From Tubulanus polymorphus (taxonomy: Eukaryota; Animalia; Nemertea): a stretch of DNA of 64,000 nt. The notes below the pieces were generated by a model that made no database searches, was not told the origin of the DNA, and saw only the letters and a program-made list of their open reading frames with translations. Position numbers and translations under genes: made by a program. Shown here piece after piece: positions 51,801 to 58,422 of this stretch (positions are counted from its first letter, which is position 1; every line of letters starts with the position of its first letter). The stretch spans positions 16,963,101 to 17,027,100 of the forward strand of contig NC_134025.1 in assembly GCF_964204645.1 (NCBI RefSeq), read 5' to 3'.

Positions 51801-53908
51801 GCGCTTTTCACGGAGATGATGTCAATTACTTGGACCATGGATCCCCTCTGAAATCCCGCCAAAAACATCTGGTTGTGTTTTCATCAGATTTGATTAAGAA
51901 AAAAAAAGATTTTTTTGGTTATATTTCCATCTTAATTTTTTGCAAAAAGTAAGTTTTATCCCATCATTTGAATTCAACCCAATAAAGTTTTCAAGATCCA
52001 TAAAAGCAAAAACAGTACAAATCTCATTTTCTAATGAGTAATATATATTTTTTAAGCGAACGTTTTCGGGAGTCACATTATCCCCTCTTCAGGCATAGCG
52101 CAAGTGATTAAATTCACATATCATACTGGTATTTATATAGAATAAGACGAAGCTAATTACAAACGATTTCAAATTACTGAGTGACAAGATGATTACAATA
52201 CAAAGATAATTAATTACACACAATCTAAATTACTGAGCGAAGCTATTCGACTAGTAGTTAATTATCTAAAAACATTGAGGATGAATCCTGACCCGTGTTC
52301 GAATAGTTGTTGACTCTTACAGGCGATGTATGCATCTGGGTACCAACAAGACCATCGCGCATGTGCGTCAAAAGGAACTGGATAACCGCGATAAGGCCCT
52401 GTGTGAAAAGGCGTTTGTGAAAGTATGTCTTATGTATCGCCCTTTTATTATACAGGCGTAGATTTTTGCGGACCATTAATTTCGGGAAAGGATTAAACCT
52501 TTTATCGCCTCATTCACGTGCCCAGGTTCGAGAGCCATTCATTTAGAGCTAGTGACTGATTTGACTGCAGATTGTTTTATACAGGCATTACGTTGATTCG
52601 TTAGTTGTCGTTGACTACCGATTAAGATGCTCTCAGATAATGCGCAAACTTTCATCTGCTCGTCAAAAGAGAGATATCCGAATTATTGCGTTCTAGCGAA
52701 TTGAGACTGCATTTCGTATCTGAGGGAATAGCATGGCGATTTATATCGAAACGTGCTTTGTTGCATGGCAGCTATTGGGAGAGATTAGTTGCTTTCGTGA
52801 AATAATGCATTAAAAAACTTTCGGTCACCAGAATTTGTCATTCCAGGAGTTAGTACTGTATTGACTGAAGTGGAGGCCATGTTAAACGACCGCCCACTTA
52901 CCGCTTTGTCTACAGCTATAAGAGATAACAACCCGTTATCACCATCCGATTTATCAATCGGACGAAAATAATCGTTGTTGCCTCACGTTCGCGTCGACAC
53001 AGATATGGAACTTGTGGACTCAGAGTTCACTGTTAACCAAACTGTACTGGATAAACGTAAACAATATCGCGCTGCTATCGTCCTCATTCATGATTACACC
53101 CCTCGGCTTTACTGGAAGTTAGGGATTATCACCGCTCTCAGAACCGGTAGTGATGGAATGGTTCGTTTGGCTACTGACGGTACGAGATCTGGGATGACTA
53201 ATGGACCTGTAAACAAACATTATCCTCTCGAGGTTGACTGTTGCAGCATAGATAATGTTCTTGGTGGGAAGCTGCTAGCGGAAAGCACCGTTAGCAAAAC
53301 TGTTAGGCAAAGACCAGTCCGCAACGCAGCTAAGATACCTCGTGACAATGGTTAGCGGCTGACTTATGGATGAGATACGTTTCGTGATAAATAGACTTAA
53401 GACTTTTCATTGTTGTCAAATATGAACTAATTGGGTGCTTAATATCTGGGCCCTGGGAGTGTCTGGTATTATGAGATCGGTGTTCTGTGTTAAGTAAGCC
53501 TTCACTCATGCCTGGGTAGGCGTGTATGTATTAAGTAATGAAGTATGGTATTGAATAAAGTCAGTTTAGTTTAGTATATGTAAGTGTACAGTCTTCTTAA
53601 CTGTTTTCCCGTCCGATTATCACAAGGCAAATGCAAAATTGTAGTTAGATTTACCTACCAGTCGACCATGCTGCATAAATGAAATAAAAATCTTATAAAA
53701 CCAGGTCTTGCACTTGATCTCTGCACACAGACAAGTGGATGACTACCACTCAAGATAGTATGAAAATATTTTGTTTCAGATTCGAGATAAGTTCATGGCA
53801 GAAACTGAGGATTTAAGGAGGCGCTTAAATTTGGCAGAAAGAGAGCTCATGGACAGTAAGGAGCAATGCATCCATCTAACATCATCATCCCAGTCTTTGG
53901 AGCGAGAG
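464..53908 (+). CDS. SDCCAG8: Partial multi-exon gene: SDCCAG8 homologue (centrosomal/ciliary coiled-coil protein); exons 464-583, 1406-1507, 6121-6185, 11392-11568, 11655-11793, 11885-12037, 24087-24221, 48032-48148, 53780-53908
   Basis: All nine exons have AG/GT boundaries and compatible phases (0,0,0->2,2->2,2->0,0,0,0,0) and give one open frame. The peptide GICIRCAQNEAL...IRRLTRERDELIEQL...QREIEAYDQMKQSI...EETQMEK matches the SDCCAG8 signature as I recall it (human GLCLKCAQHEAVL...IERLVKERDDL...QREASAYEQVKQ...EEANFEK). Start and stop codons lie outside the window. Confidence 0.9.
596..1390 (+). mobile_element. HINE-like element family H, 5'-truncated copy
   Basis: Collinear with 26028-26285 plus 27106-27597. 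Ends in subterminal repeat GAAAGTCCA, a short hairpin and a T-run. Confidence 0.7.
1406..1507 (+). CDS. SDCCAG8: SDCCAG8 exon (102 nt): TNNSFLDNEEFRQVLVSPTFTEKQATMSRWKREL
   Basis: Polypyrimidine tract plus tttag acceptor, donor gtaaat, phase 0/0. It joins the neighbouring exons in frame. Confidence 0.8.
1518..1870 (+). mobile_element. 5' ends of two HINE-like elements (family A at 1518; a different family at about 1735)
   Basis: T-run + GCCCACTTGGGAC...GCGGGCTA hairpin + GTCT/GTCC-like microsatellite, then T-run + AGCCC...GGGTTA + (CGTT)n. Confidence 0.65.
3683..4660. repeat. Tandem repeat of about 143 bp, 4-5 units, probably the internal array of a HINE-like element; interrupted by a MITE
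   Basis: Unit beginning acaagtagg(a/g)tatcacttgggccagaacccta recurs at about 3683, 3827, 3970, 4111 and 4631. Confidence 0.8.
4221..4590. mobile_element. hAT-like MITE with 6-bp TSD
   Basis: TIR CAGGGATGAAA / TTTCATCCCTG, flanked by AGAGCT on both sides (4215-4220, 4591-4596). Confidence 0.85.
4661..5700 (+). mobile_element. HINE family A, internally deleted copy with about 120-bp internal tandem repeats
   Basis: Starts ttttagcccacttgggac and is collinear with the full copy at 17284-18390. A different HINE 3' end (gaggctttgcctc hairpin + CTAGTT) follows at about 5733-5769. Confidence 0.8.
6121..6185 (+). CDS. SDCCAG8: SDCCAG8 exon (65 nt): DRIECLHAAKNQRLEVQLSES(K)
   Basis: Acceptor ttttctag, donor gtaaat, phase 0->2, which is what the phase-2 exon at 11392 requires. 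Confidence 0.82.
6370..6402. repeat. (TA)n microsatellite
   Basis: About 16 perfect AT units. Confidence 0.95.
7664..8208. mobile_element. PIF/Harbinger (Tourist-like) MITE, copy 1
   Basis: Imperfect TIR of about 34 bp (GGCCATCCCAAAACAATGGTCTGTTTGCCGTAAC), TSD TAA; two more copies in the window. Confidence 0.85.
8477..9261. repeat. 31-bp minisatellite, about 25 copies (ACCATACACTGATATTAACCCTTCACCACTT)
   Basis: Direct head-to-tail units without spacers. Confidence 0.95.
10079..11281. mobile_element. Possible TTAA-flanked (Kolobok-like) non-autonomous element
   Basis: TTAA|GGGGAGACT ... AGTTACCCT|TTAA; the TIR match is weak. Confidence 0.3.
11392..11568 (+). CDS. SDCCAG8: SDCCAG8 exon (177 nt): NEISNLTKQMESLKNELRLLESMGSGKPVSGICIRCAQNEALASSESETNSNIIRRLT(R)
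   Basis: Acceptor ttctag, donor gtaata; contains the CxxCAQxEA motif. Confidence 0.92.
11655..11793 (+). CDS. SDCCAG8: SDCCAG8 exon (139 nt): ERDELIEQLAGLKLSLEQMKQREIEAYDQMKQSIILVEETQMEKMG
   Basis: Acceptor tgacag, donor gtatat, phase 2->0; ERD...QRE..AY.Q.KQ motif. Confidence 0.92.
11885..12037 (+). CDS. SDCCAG8: SDCCAG8 exon (153 nt): TIVEKEQLEEEFYNMRNRLEKILSDTHRQVEDERETIRNEFLTEINLLNEK
   Basis: Acceptor attcag, donor gtagga, phase 0/0. Confidence 0.9.
12116..12391. mobile_element. piggyBac-like MITE
   Basis: TTAA|CCCTCTCAGTGC ... GCACTGAAAGAG|TTAA. Confidence 0.7.
12771..14722 (+). mobile_element. HINE family E, full-length copy 1
   Basis: 5' T-run + ACCTTCATGAC hairpin, internal tandem repeats (about 13920-14310), 3' subTIR + AGGCCCGTGGGCCT palindrome + CTTGTT; collinear with 56797-61276. 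Confidence 0.85.
14745..15122 (+). mobile_element. HINE family A, 5' fragment
   Basis: ccacttgggactttagtcccagc + (GTCC)n, collinear with the copy at 17284. Confidence 0.8.
15700..16098 (-). mobile_element. HINE family A, internal fragment, inverted
   Basis: Reverse complement of about 17345-17800, ending in (GGAC)n. Confidence 0.8.
16615..17265 (+). repeat. Interspersed repeat, also at about 61535-62140; ends in a family-H-type HINE 3' terminus
   Basis: Long near-identical alignment with 61535-62140; aatttaggaaagtccatat terminus. Confidence 0.75.
17284..18390 (+). mobile_element. HINE family A, full-length (Helentron-associated, DINE-1-like)
   Basis: T-run, subTIR GCCCACTTGGG with adjacent inverted repeat, (GTCC) microsatellite, about 120-bp tandem array, 3' subTIR CCCAAGTGGGC, hairpin, CTAG-TT; no TSD, inserted in a T-run. 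Confidence 0.9.
18812..21841. mobile_element. Tc1/mariner-pogo (Tigger-like) non-autonomous element with nested HINEs
   Basis: TA|CAGTAGACTCCGC(T/A)TACCTCGGA ... TCCGAGGTATGCGGAGTCTACTG|TA; repeated CCGAGGTA motifs near the ends. Confidence 0.88.
18999..21238 (+). mobile_element. HINE family F nested in the Tigger-like element; contains a family A fragment at about 20424-21090
   Basis: 5' tttttattaGGCCAGCC...ggctgagcct, 3' GGCTGGCC + gccccttggggc hairpin + CTTGTT. Confidence 0.75.
22294..22505 (+). pseudogene. L1/Tx1-type non-LTR ORF2 C-terminal (zf-RVT-like CCHC) remnant
   Basis: Translates DVNWAQIWGGTYHPIIDKKFGDMQWRFLHDSLVTADKLVT*HVSNDPTCKVCGRAATNRHVLIECP, i.e. W...WRxLH...CxxC-x7-H-x4-C, with an in-frame stop. 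Confidence 0.75.
24087..24221 (+). CDS. SDCCAG8: SDCCAG8 exon (135 nt): VKELNENHVICQSKLERAQRDKNEYRSEIQQIRQQIDEYGREYGL
   Basis: Acceptor ttgcag, donor gtaagt, phase 0/0, coiled coil. Confidence 0.9.
25940..27597 (+). mobile_element. HINE family H, full-length, inserted in a T-run of a family G copy
   Basis: 5' ATGGACTTTCGC-TTTA-GCGGAGTCCAT hairpin, 3' GTCCAT subTIR; the flanks rejoin to match the uninterrupted family G sequence at about 33950-33990. Confidence 0.8.
28544..28790 (+). pseudogene. Transposon gene 5' remnant with RAG1-N-terminal/Chapa-like Cys motif
   Basis: MDLCRLCGK/NAKPPDRRPIDKNNFKSHVKELFNIDFDDDNEQYPIYICNMCRVKLQKW...KQW, with one frameshift in the A-run at 28567-28571. It is preceded by a candidate 5'UTR intron 28165-28541. 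Confidence 0.7.
28790..29374 (-). pseudogene. Second, convergent, intron-containing transposon gene remnant (unknown product, acidic N-terminus)
   Basis: Exon 29374-29236 MATVVDEIINDDDFDDLFFDSDELVQIDTEILRESSGSGSTNSADS with donor GTGAGT, then exon 29144-29086 in frame; further splice-like sites near 29043 and 28940, where the frame is disrupted. Confidence 0.5.
29401..29809 (-). mobile_element. Penelope-like retroelement terminal remnant
   Basis: Contains a minimal hammerhead motif followed by AATAAA; flanked by AACCGATAT (29392-29400, 29810-29818). Confidence 0.6.
29487..29532 (-). ncRNA. Minimal type I hammerhead ribozyme motif
   Basis: Minus strand UUAUUU-CUGAAGA-U-GACUAU-uaggac-AUAGAC-GAAA-CGUU-GAAUAA: core boxes, stem I, stem II with one mismatch, palindromic ACGU stem III. 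Confidence 0.7.
31303..31992. mobile_element. TA-TSD MITE with AAGTCTATCCCAG TIRs, copy 1
   Basis: TIR of about 28 bp; the empty paralogous site at about 44560 (cctagTAgaggc) shows a TA duplication. Confidence 0.88.
36122..36284. mobile_element. 163-bp MITE (Harbinger-like), perfect 27-bp TIR, 3-bp TSD TGT
   Basis: GGGATCATTCATTTATTACGTACGCAT / ATGCGTACGTAATAAATGAATGATCCC. Confidence 0.85.
36871..37701 (+). mobile_element. hAT-like deletion derivative with 6-bp TSD and transposase N-terminal zinc-finger remnant (37263-37587)
   Basis: TIR CA(C/G)ACCTGCCAAC, TSD AGTAGG; MADEVHD...KKYR/QKYKKSYSVQYPCFIASKLSKYHARCTICQIDIVISHGGLNDISRHCERKGH with one frameshift near 37395. Confidence 0.82.
39069..41414 (-). 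mobile_element. 5'-truncated L2/CR1-group (Crack/Daphne-like) LINE
   Basis: RT ORF, then a 3'UTR with degenerate (ATT)n, AATAAA and a (TA)n tail; the flanks rejoin to match the family G sequence at about 33305-33330. Confidence 0.88.
39559..41274 (-). CDS. Non-LTR reverse transcriptase (truncated ORF2; open frame extends to about 41414, no endonuclease domain)
   Basis: Motifs KVIPIFK, FLDLSKAFD, GVPQGSVLGPLLFLIYINDL, LFADD, KFLG. The NYRPISLL motif is shortened to NYTPIFS, so it is probably non-functional. Confidence 0.9.
   Translation of the reverse strand: MFKNNSKKLWQFMKTAIGKNRDKTSVTTNSFIINGKVTSDPMMISNGFNDYFCTIGERFANEIPKSNRDFTSYLPNQNPNSMFLSPTNEQEIDLLIKSLPNKLSSGHDNINNLIVKKVKQNILKPLTLIMNKSLEEGIFPDDMKIAKVIPIFKNNDKDLFSNYTPIFSKILEKLVHSRLYSFLVKNNIIYMSQYRFRPYHSTGHAINEFLSAILNNIENKKTTLAFFLDLSKAFDSLDVSHLLFKLSHYGIRGHCYKWFESYLTNRKMYVNYKLNPDSQLKPIKFGVPQGSVLGPLLFLIYINDLNHDLKRSKTILFADDANILFEIDKIDSIQKVIDKDIKILIDWFRANLLTLNIPKTHAILFSKKKLGDIHLRFGPVTITPTKSCKFLGLTIEDQLNWDSHLKELVSKIKKNIFLLRSVKNFLLPWAKRLLYHSYVHSHLTNALVAWGPMLSKSQVNTLFKLQKKAIRYIDNSSFNAHTSPLFKKYKILKFEDLVELELIKFGYQYVNKILQHPILRLFNPNSLHHTYNTRRKNLPRIQYHRTQIFNKSHFCSSPHHLAKPTNQVEKC
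42808..43085. repeat. (AAT)n plus four stacked hairpin-containing HINE-G termini (unit of about 62-65 bp)
   Basis: aataataatcagcaggaatacaatAGGGTTTCTGCgaaggcaGCAGAAACCCT four times. Confidence 0.9.
45370..46118 (-). mobile_element. Partial inverted copy of the AAGTCTATCCCAG MITE, interrupted by a solo LTR
   Basis: Reverse complement of about 48662-48995; ends gatagactt. Confidence 0.7.
45569..45978 (-). mobile_element. Solo LTR (Gypsy-like by TSD length)
   Basis: Minus strand TGTGGCAG...AATAAA...CTATCACA; 4-bp TSD tgag/ttag, where the host MITE has a single ttag. Confidence 0.7.
47357..47562 (+). mobile_element. tRNA-derived SINE, degenerate copy
   Basis: A-box TAGCTCAGTGAG; collinear with 59343-59565; CAAA tail. 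Confidence 0.75.
48032..48148 (+). CDS. SDCCAG8: SDCCAG8 exon (117 nt): NSGCMKRTMATAVIERNKAVQDLEKYKIEIDRLNQDKCQ
   Basis: Acceptor ttcatag, donor gtacat, phase 0/0. Confidence 0.85.
48662..49377. mobile_element. TA-TSD MITE with AAGTCTATCCCAG TIRs, copy 2 (inside the BEL element)
   Basis: TA|AAGTCTATCCCAGTGG ... CCACTGGGATAGACTT|TA; collinear with 31303-31992. Confidence 0.88.
49904..50844. mobile_element. CAG-terminal MITE with 5-bp TSD (hAT5-like) carrying a nested Harbinger MITE
   Basis: ATACA|CAGGGTT ... AACTCTG|ATACA; subterminal CTTGAA repeats; a related end occurs at about 45290-45368. Confidence 0.7.
50011..50546. mobile_element. PIF/Harbinger MITE, copy 2
   Basis: TTA TSD; TIR and body collinear with 7664-8208. 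Confidence 0.82.
52053..52097 (-). ncRNA. Minimal hammerhead ribozyme motif in a Penelope-like remnant (about 52040-52260)
   Basis: Minus strand UAUGC-CUGAAGA-G-GGGA-uaaugugac-UCCC-GAAA-ACGUUC-GCUUA. Confidence 0.6.
53780..53908 (+). CDS. SDCCAG8: SDCCAG8 exon (129 nt): IRDKFMAETEDLRRRLNLAERELMDSKEQCIHLTSSSQSLERE
   Basis: Acceptor tttcag, donor gttaga; KEQCIHLT resembles SDCCAG8 REECLRLT. Confidence 0.87.
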
Positions 53909-54321
53909 GTTAGAAATTTGAGTTACTATGATTATTATTAGTATTAACCTGCCGGGAACGTTAATGTGTGTGCCAGGTGATATGCATGTTATTGAAATTA
54001 ACGCATTAACCCTTTAACTGGCAAGTTTTTTTCAGCCTGTGACTGATTTTGGACCATGCAAGGGGAAACTAAGTAACTCAGTAGATATTAGGGATAACCC
54101 CATAACAGTATGTTATCCTGTGAAAGCTCTTTTCACAAGCTTTCGAATGATACCAAGTTTGCAAACCTTTCCTATATTCCGAGGTTCTGATATTATGGGC
54201 TCTGCACTCGTAGCCCTTGTCTATACTACAATGGACTCCTATTTTCATTATGAAAATGTGTCCTCTTGCTTTTTCTGATTCAAATAGGGTAAATAATCAT
54301 TGCTATTATAGCTTCGATAAA

Positions 54322-54567
54322 TTATGAACTTAAGCTTTAGCGAAGTCCATTTTGTTATCGCGTATGAAACTTTCTTCCTTTGGTACAAAATAACTTCCAA
54401 ACGAGGCTAAGTTTCTCTTTGGAACTTTTAAAACATTAATGCAATAATAAAAGCTCTAACCCTATCGAATTTCATGGGAATGCGTTGCTTATTTTTCAAT
54501 TTAGTTATTTATTAGTTGTTGGAACTACATTTCGTTTCGGAAGAACACATGCCCTTTTACGTATATT
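54322..54567 (+). mobile_element. HINE family H 5' portion, interrupted by a LINE
   Basis: Collinear with 25940-26190. Confidence 0.75.
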
Positions 54568-56796
54568 ATTATTATCTTTATTTCCTGTAAATTATAACAA
54601 GATATACAGAGTCAATGCACTGTAAAAATAAATAGAAAATAATTACAAAGTGTTATACAATATATAATGTTATAATTAAACAGCAGGGAAGATATAAAAA
54701 GCAAGCTTGTGGTATATATCACCCTAAAGAAGATGTTACAAAAAAAATAAATCAAATTCAAATAACGATCATATAACGAGGTATGATAAGCACTAAATGT
54801 CACAATTTTGAGATTTCAACTGAGGATCTGATCAATGTAAATTATTTCATAAGAGGAGAGAAGTTTGTCCTTCAAATGGCTTTTAGAAATGTTGGGAGAT
54901 GGTTATTTTTTTAAGGATGTATTTAAACTGTTCCAAAATTATAGGCCCTTAATTCTAATAGAAAATTTCTTTAAATTAGATTTTAATGTGTTAGGACGAA
55001 TATTTTGGTTTCTACGAAAACGTGTATAATGCCTGCTAGTAGTGGATTAGAAAAAGCGTTAAAAACAATGAGGAAGTTTGCCGTTTGTATATAAATACAT
55101 GAATTGTGCAGTAAGCCAGTAGTTAATATCATTTAGTTTAAGGATCCTATTAGATTTGAACAAAGGTGAAGTAGGTGCTCGGTAGTCAGTTATATAAATT
55201 AAACGAACGGCTTTCTTCTGTAATACCACAAGTCGATTAAGTGAAGCTGAATAAGTGTTACACCAAATAATATTGCAATATGATAGATGACAATATATGA
55301 ATGAATAATACAGTTGTATTAAAGTTTTATTTGATAAGAATTTACTATGTTGCTGATGATACCAATAATCTAGCCAGTTTAATGGAAATAAGATTAATGT
55401 GTGACTTCCAGTTTAACTGGTCATCAATTTGGAACCCTAAGAATTTTGTTTCTGAAACGTGTTTCTGAAGCATGTTGTCAATAGTTATACATAAGTTGAG
55501 CTTATGTAGTTTGATTGTATTTTACAAGAACGTTAAGTACATTGGTATCAATATGACTGGTAAACGCATTTGCATCATCAGCAAATAAAGTAAGATTTAG
55601 GATTTTTGAGGCATTGACAATATCATTTATATAAATAAGAAATAAGGCTGGTTGTAGTATCGAACCTTTCGGTACTCCACAAAGGACTCGTCTTGGACTA
55701 GATAAATTACCATTATAAGCAACCACTTGTAATCTATTTTTAAGATGATTTTCAGACGCCTCGAATACCATAATTTGACAGTCTGTTAAGTAAGATATCA
55801 TGATTTACTGTGTCAAATGCACGGGACAAGGTAACCAGCATGAATTTAGTAACTACCAACCCATAAACACCAATAGTGAATTGTCCACGTTCTAAACTTT
55901 CAGTAATTTTATCAATAGTAAACATAATAGCCATAGAAGTTGAATGATTTTTCCTAAAGCCAAATTGGCAGGGTGATATAATTTTATTCCGGTCTAGAAA
56001 ATCAATAAGTCTAATATATATAAGCCTCTCAAGGATTTTAAAAATACAAGGTATACAAAATATACAGATATGGGTCAGGTGTTACTGAATTCATGCTGGT
56101 TACCGGATTTATAAAAAGGCGATATTTTTGATGTCTTAGATAACTCCGGGAAAATACCAGTAGACATACTCCAATTAAAAATGTGACACAGAGGAATAGA
56201 TATAACGTCAATTACATGCTTAAGAATTATTTGGCTTATGCCATCATATCCTGCACTATGTTTGTTTTTAAAATCATGTATGATATTTTCGATCTCTGTT
56301 GGAGATGATGGAAAGAAAAATATATTTCGATGATGCGGGGGACCTAGATAATTAGAAAATGGCACATCTGTAAGCGGTATATTGTTGGCTAAATTTGGGC
56401 CCATATTTGAAAAATATGCATTGAAGCCATTAGCAATTGCATCATTATTTGAATAAGTTGTACCATTTCGTTGAAAAACGTTAGAAAATTCATTATAGTC
56501 CTTTGGTTTTTTGGATGAGCTTATTTTGATCTTCCAAGTGTCTTTAGGGTCCCTCGCATCATTCAACAATTTTCGATAATACATGTTTCAAAATTCAAGG
56601 TACAATTAAAAGAGATGTGGTCAATACAAGTTGCAGTCGTTTTCGTGATGCGTATGGTTTTATCAAATAAAGAATGAATGGCTTTATCAAATAAAGAATG
56701 AAAGCTTTGAGACATCATTATTGATAAAAAGTCATGTGTATGATTTTGTGATTCAACTTTAAATAAGTCAATATTGAAGTCACCCATGATCAAACA
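54565..56796 (-). pseudogene. Degenerate L2/CR1-group LINE (APE endonuclease remnant + RT, frameshifted)
   Basis: MGDFNIDL...RIT...TCIDHI, LSRAFDTVNHDILL, GVPKGSIL.P.LFLIYIND, LFADD; AATAAA + (TAA)n tail at about 54565. Confidence 0.88.
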
Positions 56797-58422
56797 TTTT
56801 TACCTTCATGACTACGTCATGAAGGTTATTAGATGGTAGCGAGTCGATGACGTCATTTTCGTGTCGCCACTTATAACTTGTTGGTGGGAGGTCAAACGAA
56901 TAAATACTTTAATCTTATTAATGCAGAGTGTGAAATTTCGCTTTTTAAAAATATTTCCCTAAATTATTAGAAAATGCCGATAGTAAGACTGTGGGAAGTT
57001 TTTATCGTTGAGTTGGCGAATCACGGCGGCAGAGTGCACCTGTGATAAGGCGGAGATAGTTCCATGTGAAGGCCGGAGGACAGTCGGAGGTGGTTTATTA
57101 ACTTTTTTCAATTATACTGCTGCTATTTTCCCAATCAAATTGCTAGATTTCGATCGTTTCTCATAAGCCAACACTTGTAATTCAAGTGTGATTTTGATGT
57201 GTCTAGAGATACATCGTGACTAGCGTATTGAGTGGCGGTGCCATGTTTAAGCTGCACGTCGATCGTTGAATAGTGGAATTATAGGGTTGAATTATCTTGA
57301 TTGTATCCATACGAAGTTTATTAAAGGTTAGTGTCAACAAATGGTCCATTACAATCCCCTAATTTATGTGGAGAGACGCTCATAACTGGCAAAATTGTAA
57401 TCTGTTTCGTGTTATCGTTGGCGTACGTAACTGACCTTGCTTGAGCGTTCGCTGCGGGCGGTAAGCTTCAAAGTTATGAATAAAGTATTATATAACTGAT
57501 TGTTAATGACATACAACAAATTAACCTTTAAAGAAAGGTACCTAGTGTCTGACATTCTACTGAAAAATGCCGGATCGATTCATGGCATAGTTTTTTCATA
57601 GCGGGCATTTTAGTATATGAATCAATGAAGATGATTGTCTTAATTGACTCCTATTGTATAGGCCTAAGCCAGGCCCTCCGGAATTGAATTGAATTCGACA
57701 CAGTAATTCGCCTGTAATTTGCGATTAATCTTATTGAAAATTAGCTTGAAGATTGGGTCTGGCGAGATGTCAACCCCTATTGTAAAAAAATGTCATTGGT
57801 GATCAATTATGGCTGCCATTGGGGTGGCCATCTTGAAATTCTTGTTTGCACGATGCAGCCTGCAATTCTTGATGGATTATCACAAAACTTGGTGCGAGGA
57901 TCAGGGTAGGTAAGCTGTCCATGCCTTTAGTATTTGGAGGTCATCGGCTTTCAAATATGGCCGCCAGGTCAGCCATCTTGAATTTCTAGCATGAAACTGC
58001 CTGCAATTCTTGATGCATTTTCATGATACTAGGTGTAAGAATTTTGGTAGGTGAAATGTGTACCCCTTATTGAAAATTGAGTTCAAGTATGGCCACCAGG
58101 ATTGCCATCCATCTTGGATTTCTTTTCAGCATGATGCCTACACTAATTCTTGATGCATTTTTAGCCCACTTGGGACTTTAGTCCAAGCGGGCTATTGCGT
58201 TCACTTCTCGTACGTCGTTCGTTCGTCCGTCCGTCTGTCCGTCCGTATATGGAATCCAGATATTTTGTGAAGTTTTGAAGACGCTTCAATGTGATGTCTT
58301 GATATTTGGGCTACACATGTATCTACCCTAGACACATCTTCAGCCCAAAAACTGGCCCTGTCAGAATCAAGATGGCTGACTGGCAGCCATTGTTGTTCAC
58401 CAAAATCAGCACTTTTTACACA

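Larger units (their letters stand above)
48275..53622 (+). mobile_element. Decayed BEL/Pao LTR retrotransposon with nested insertions
   Basis: Direct-repeat LTRs 48275-48437 and 53460-about 53622; PBS TGGTCCCTCGAGCCGGAT (tRNA-Tyr-type) at 48439. Gag remnant PKLSLLKFD...W..FWDSY...KFQYLRSLLEG (about 50990-51450), Cys/His knuckles (51507-51625), integrase remnants (about 52420-52960) and C-terminal WKLG...G.DG.VR...YPLE (53110-53235). Confidence 0.9.
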
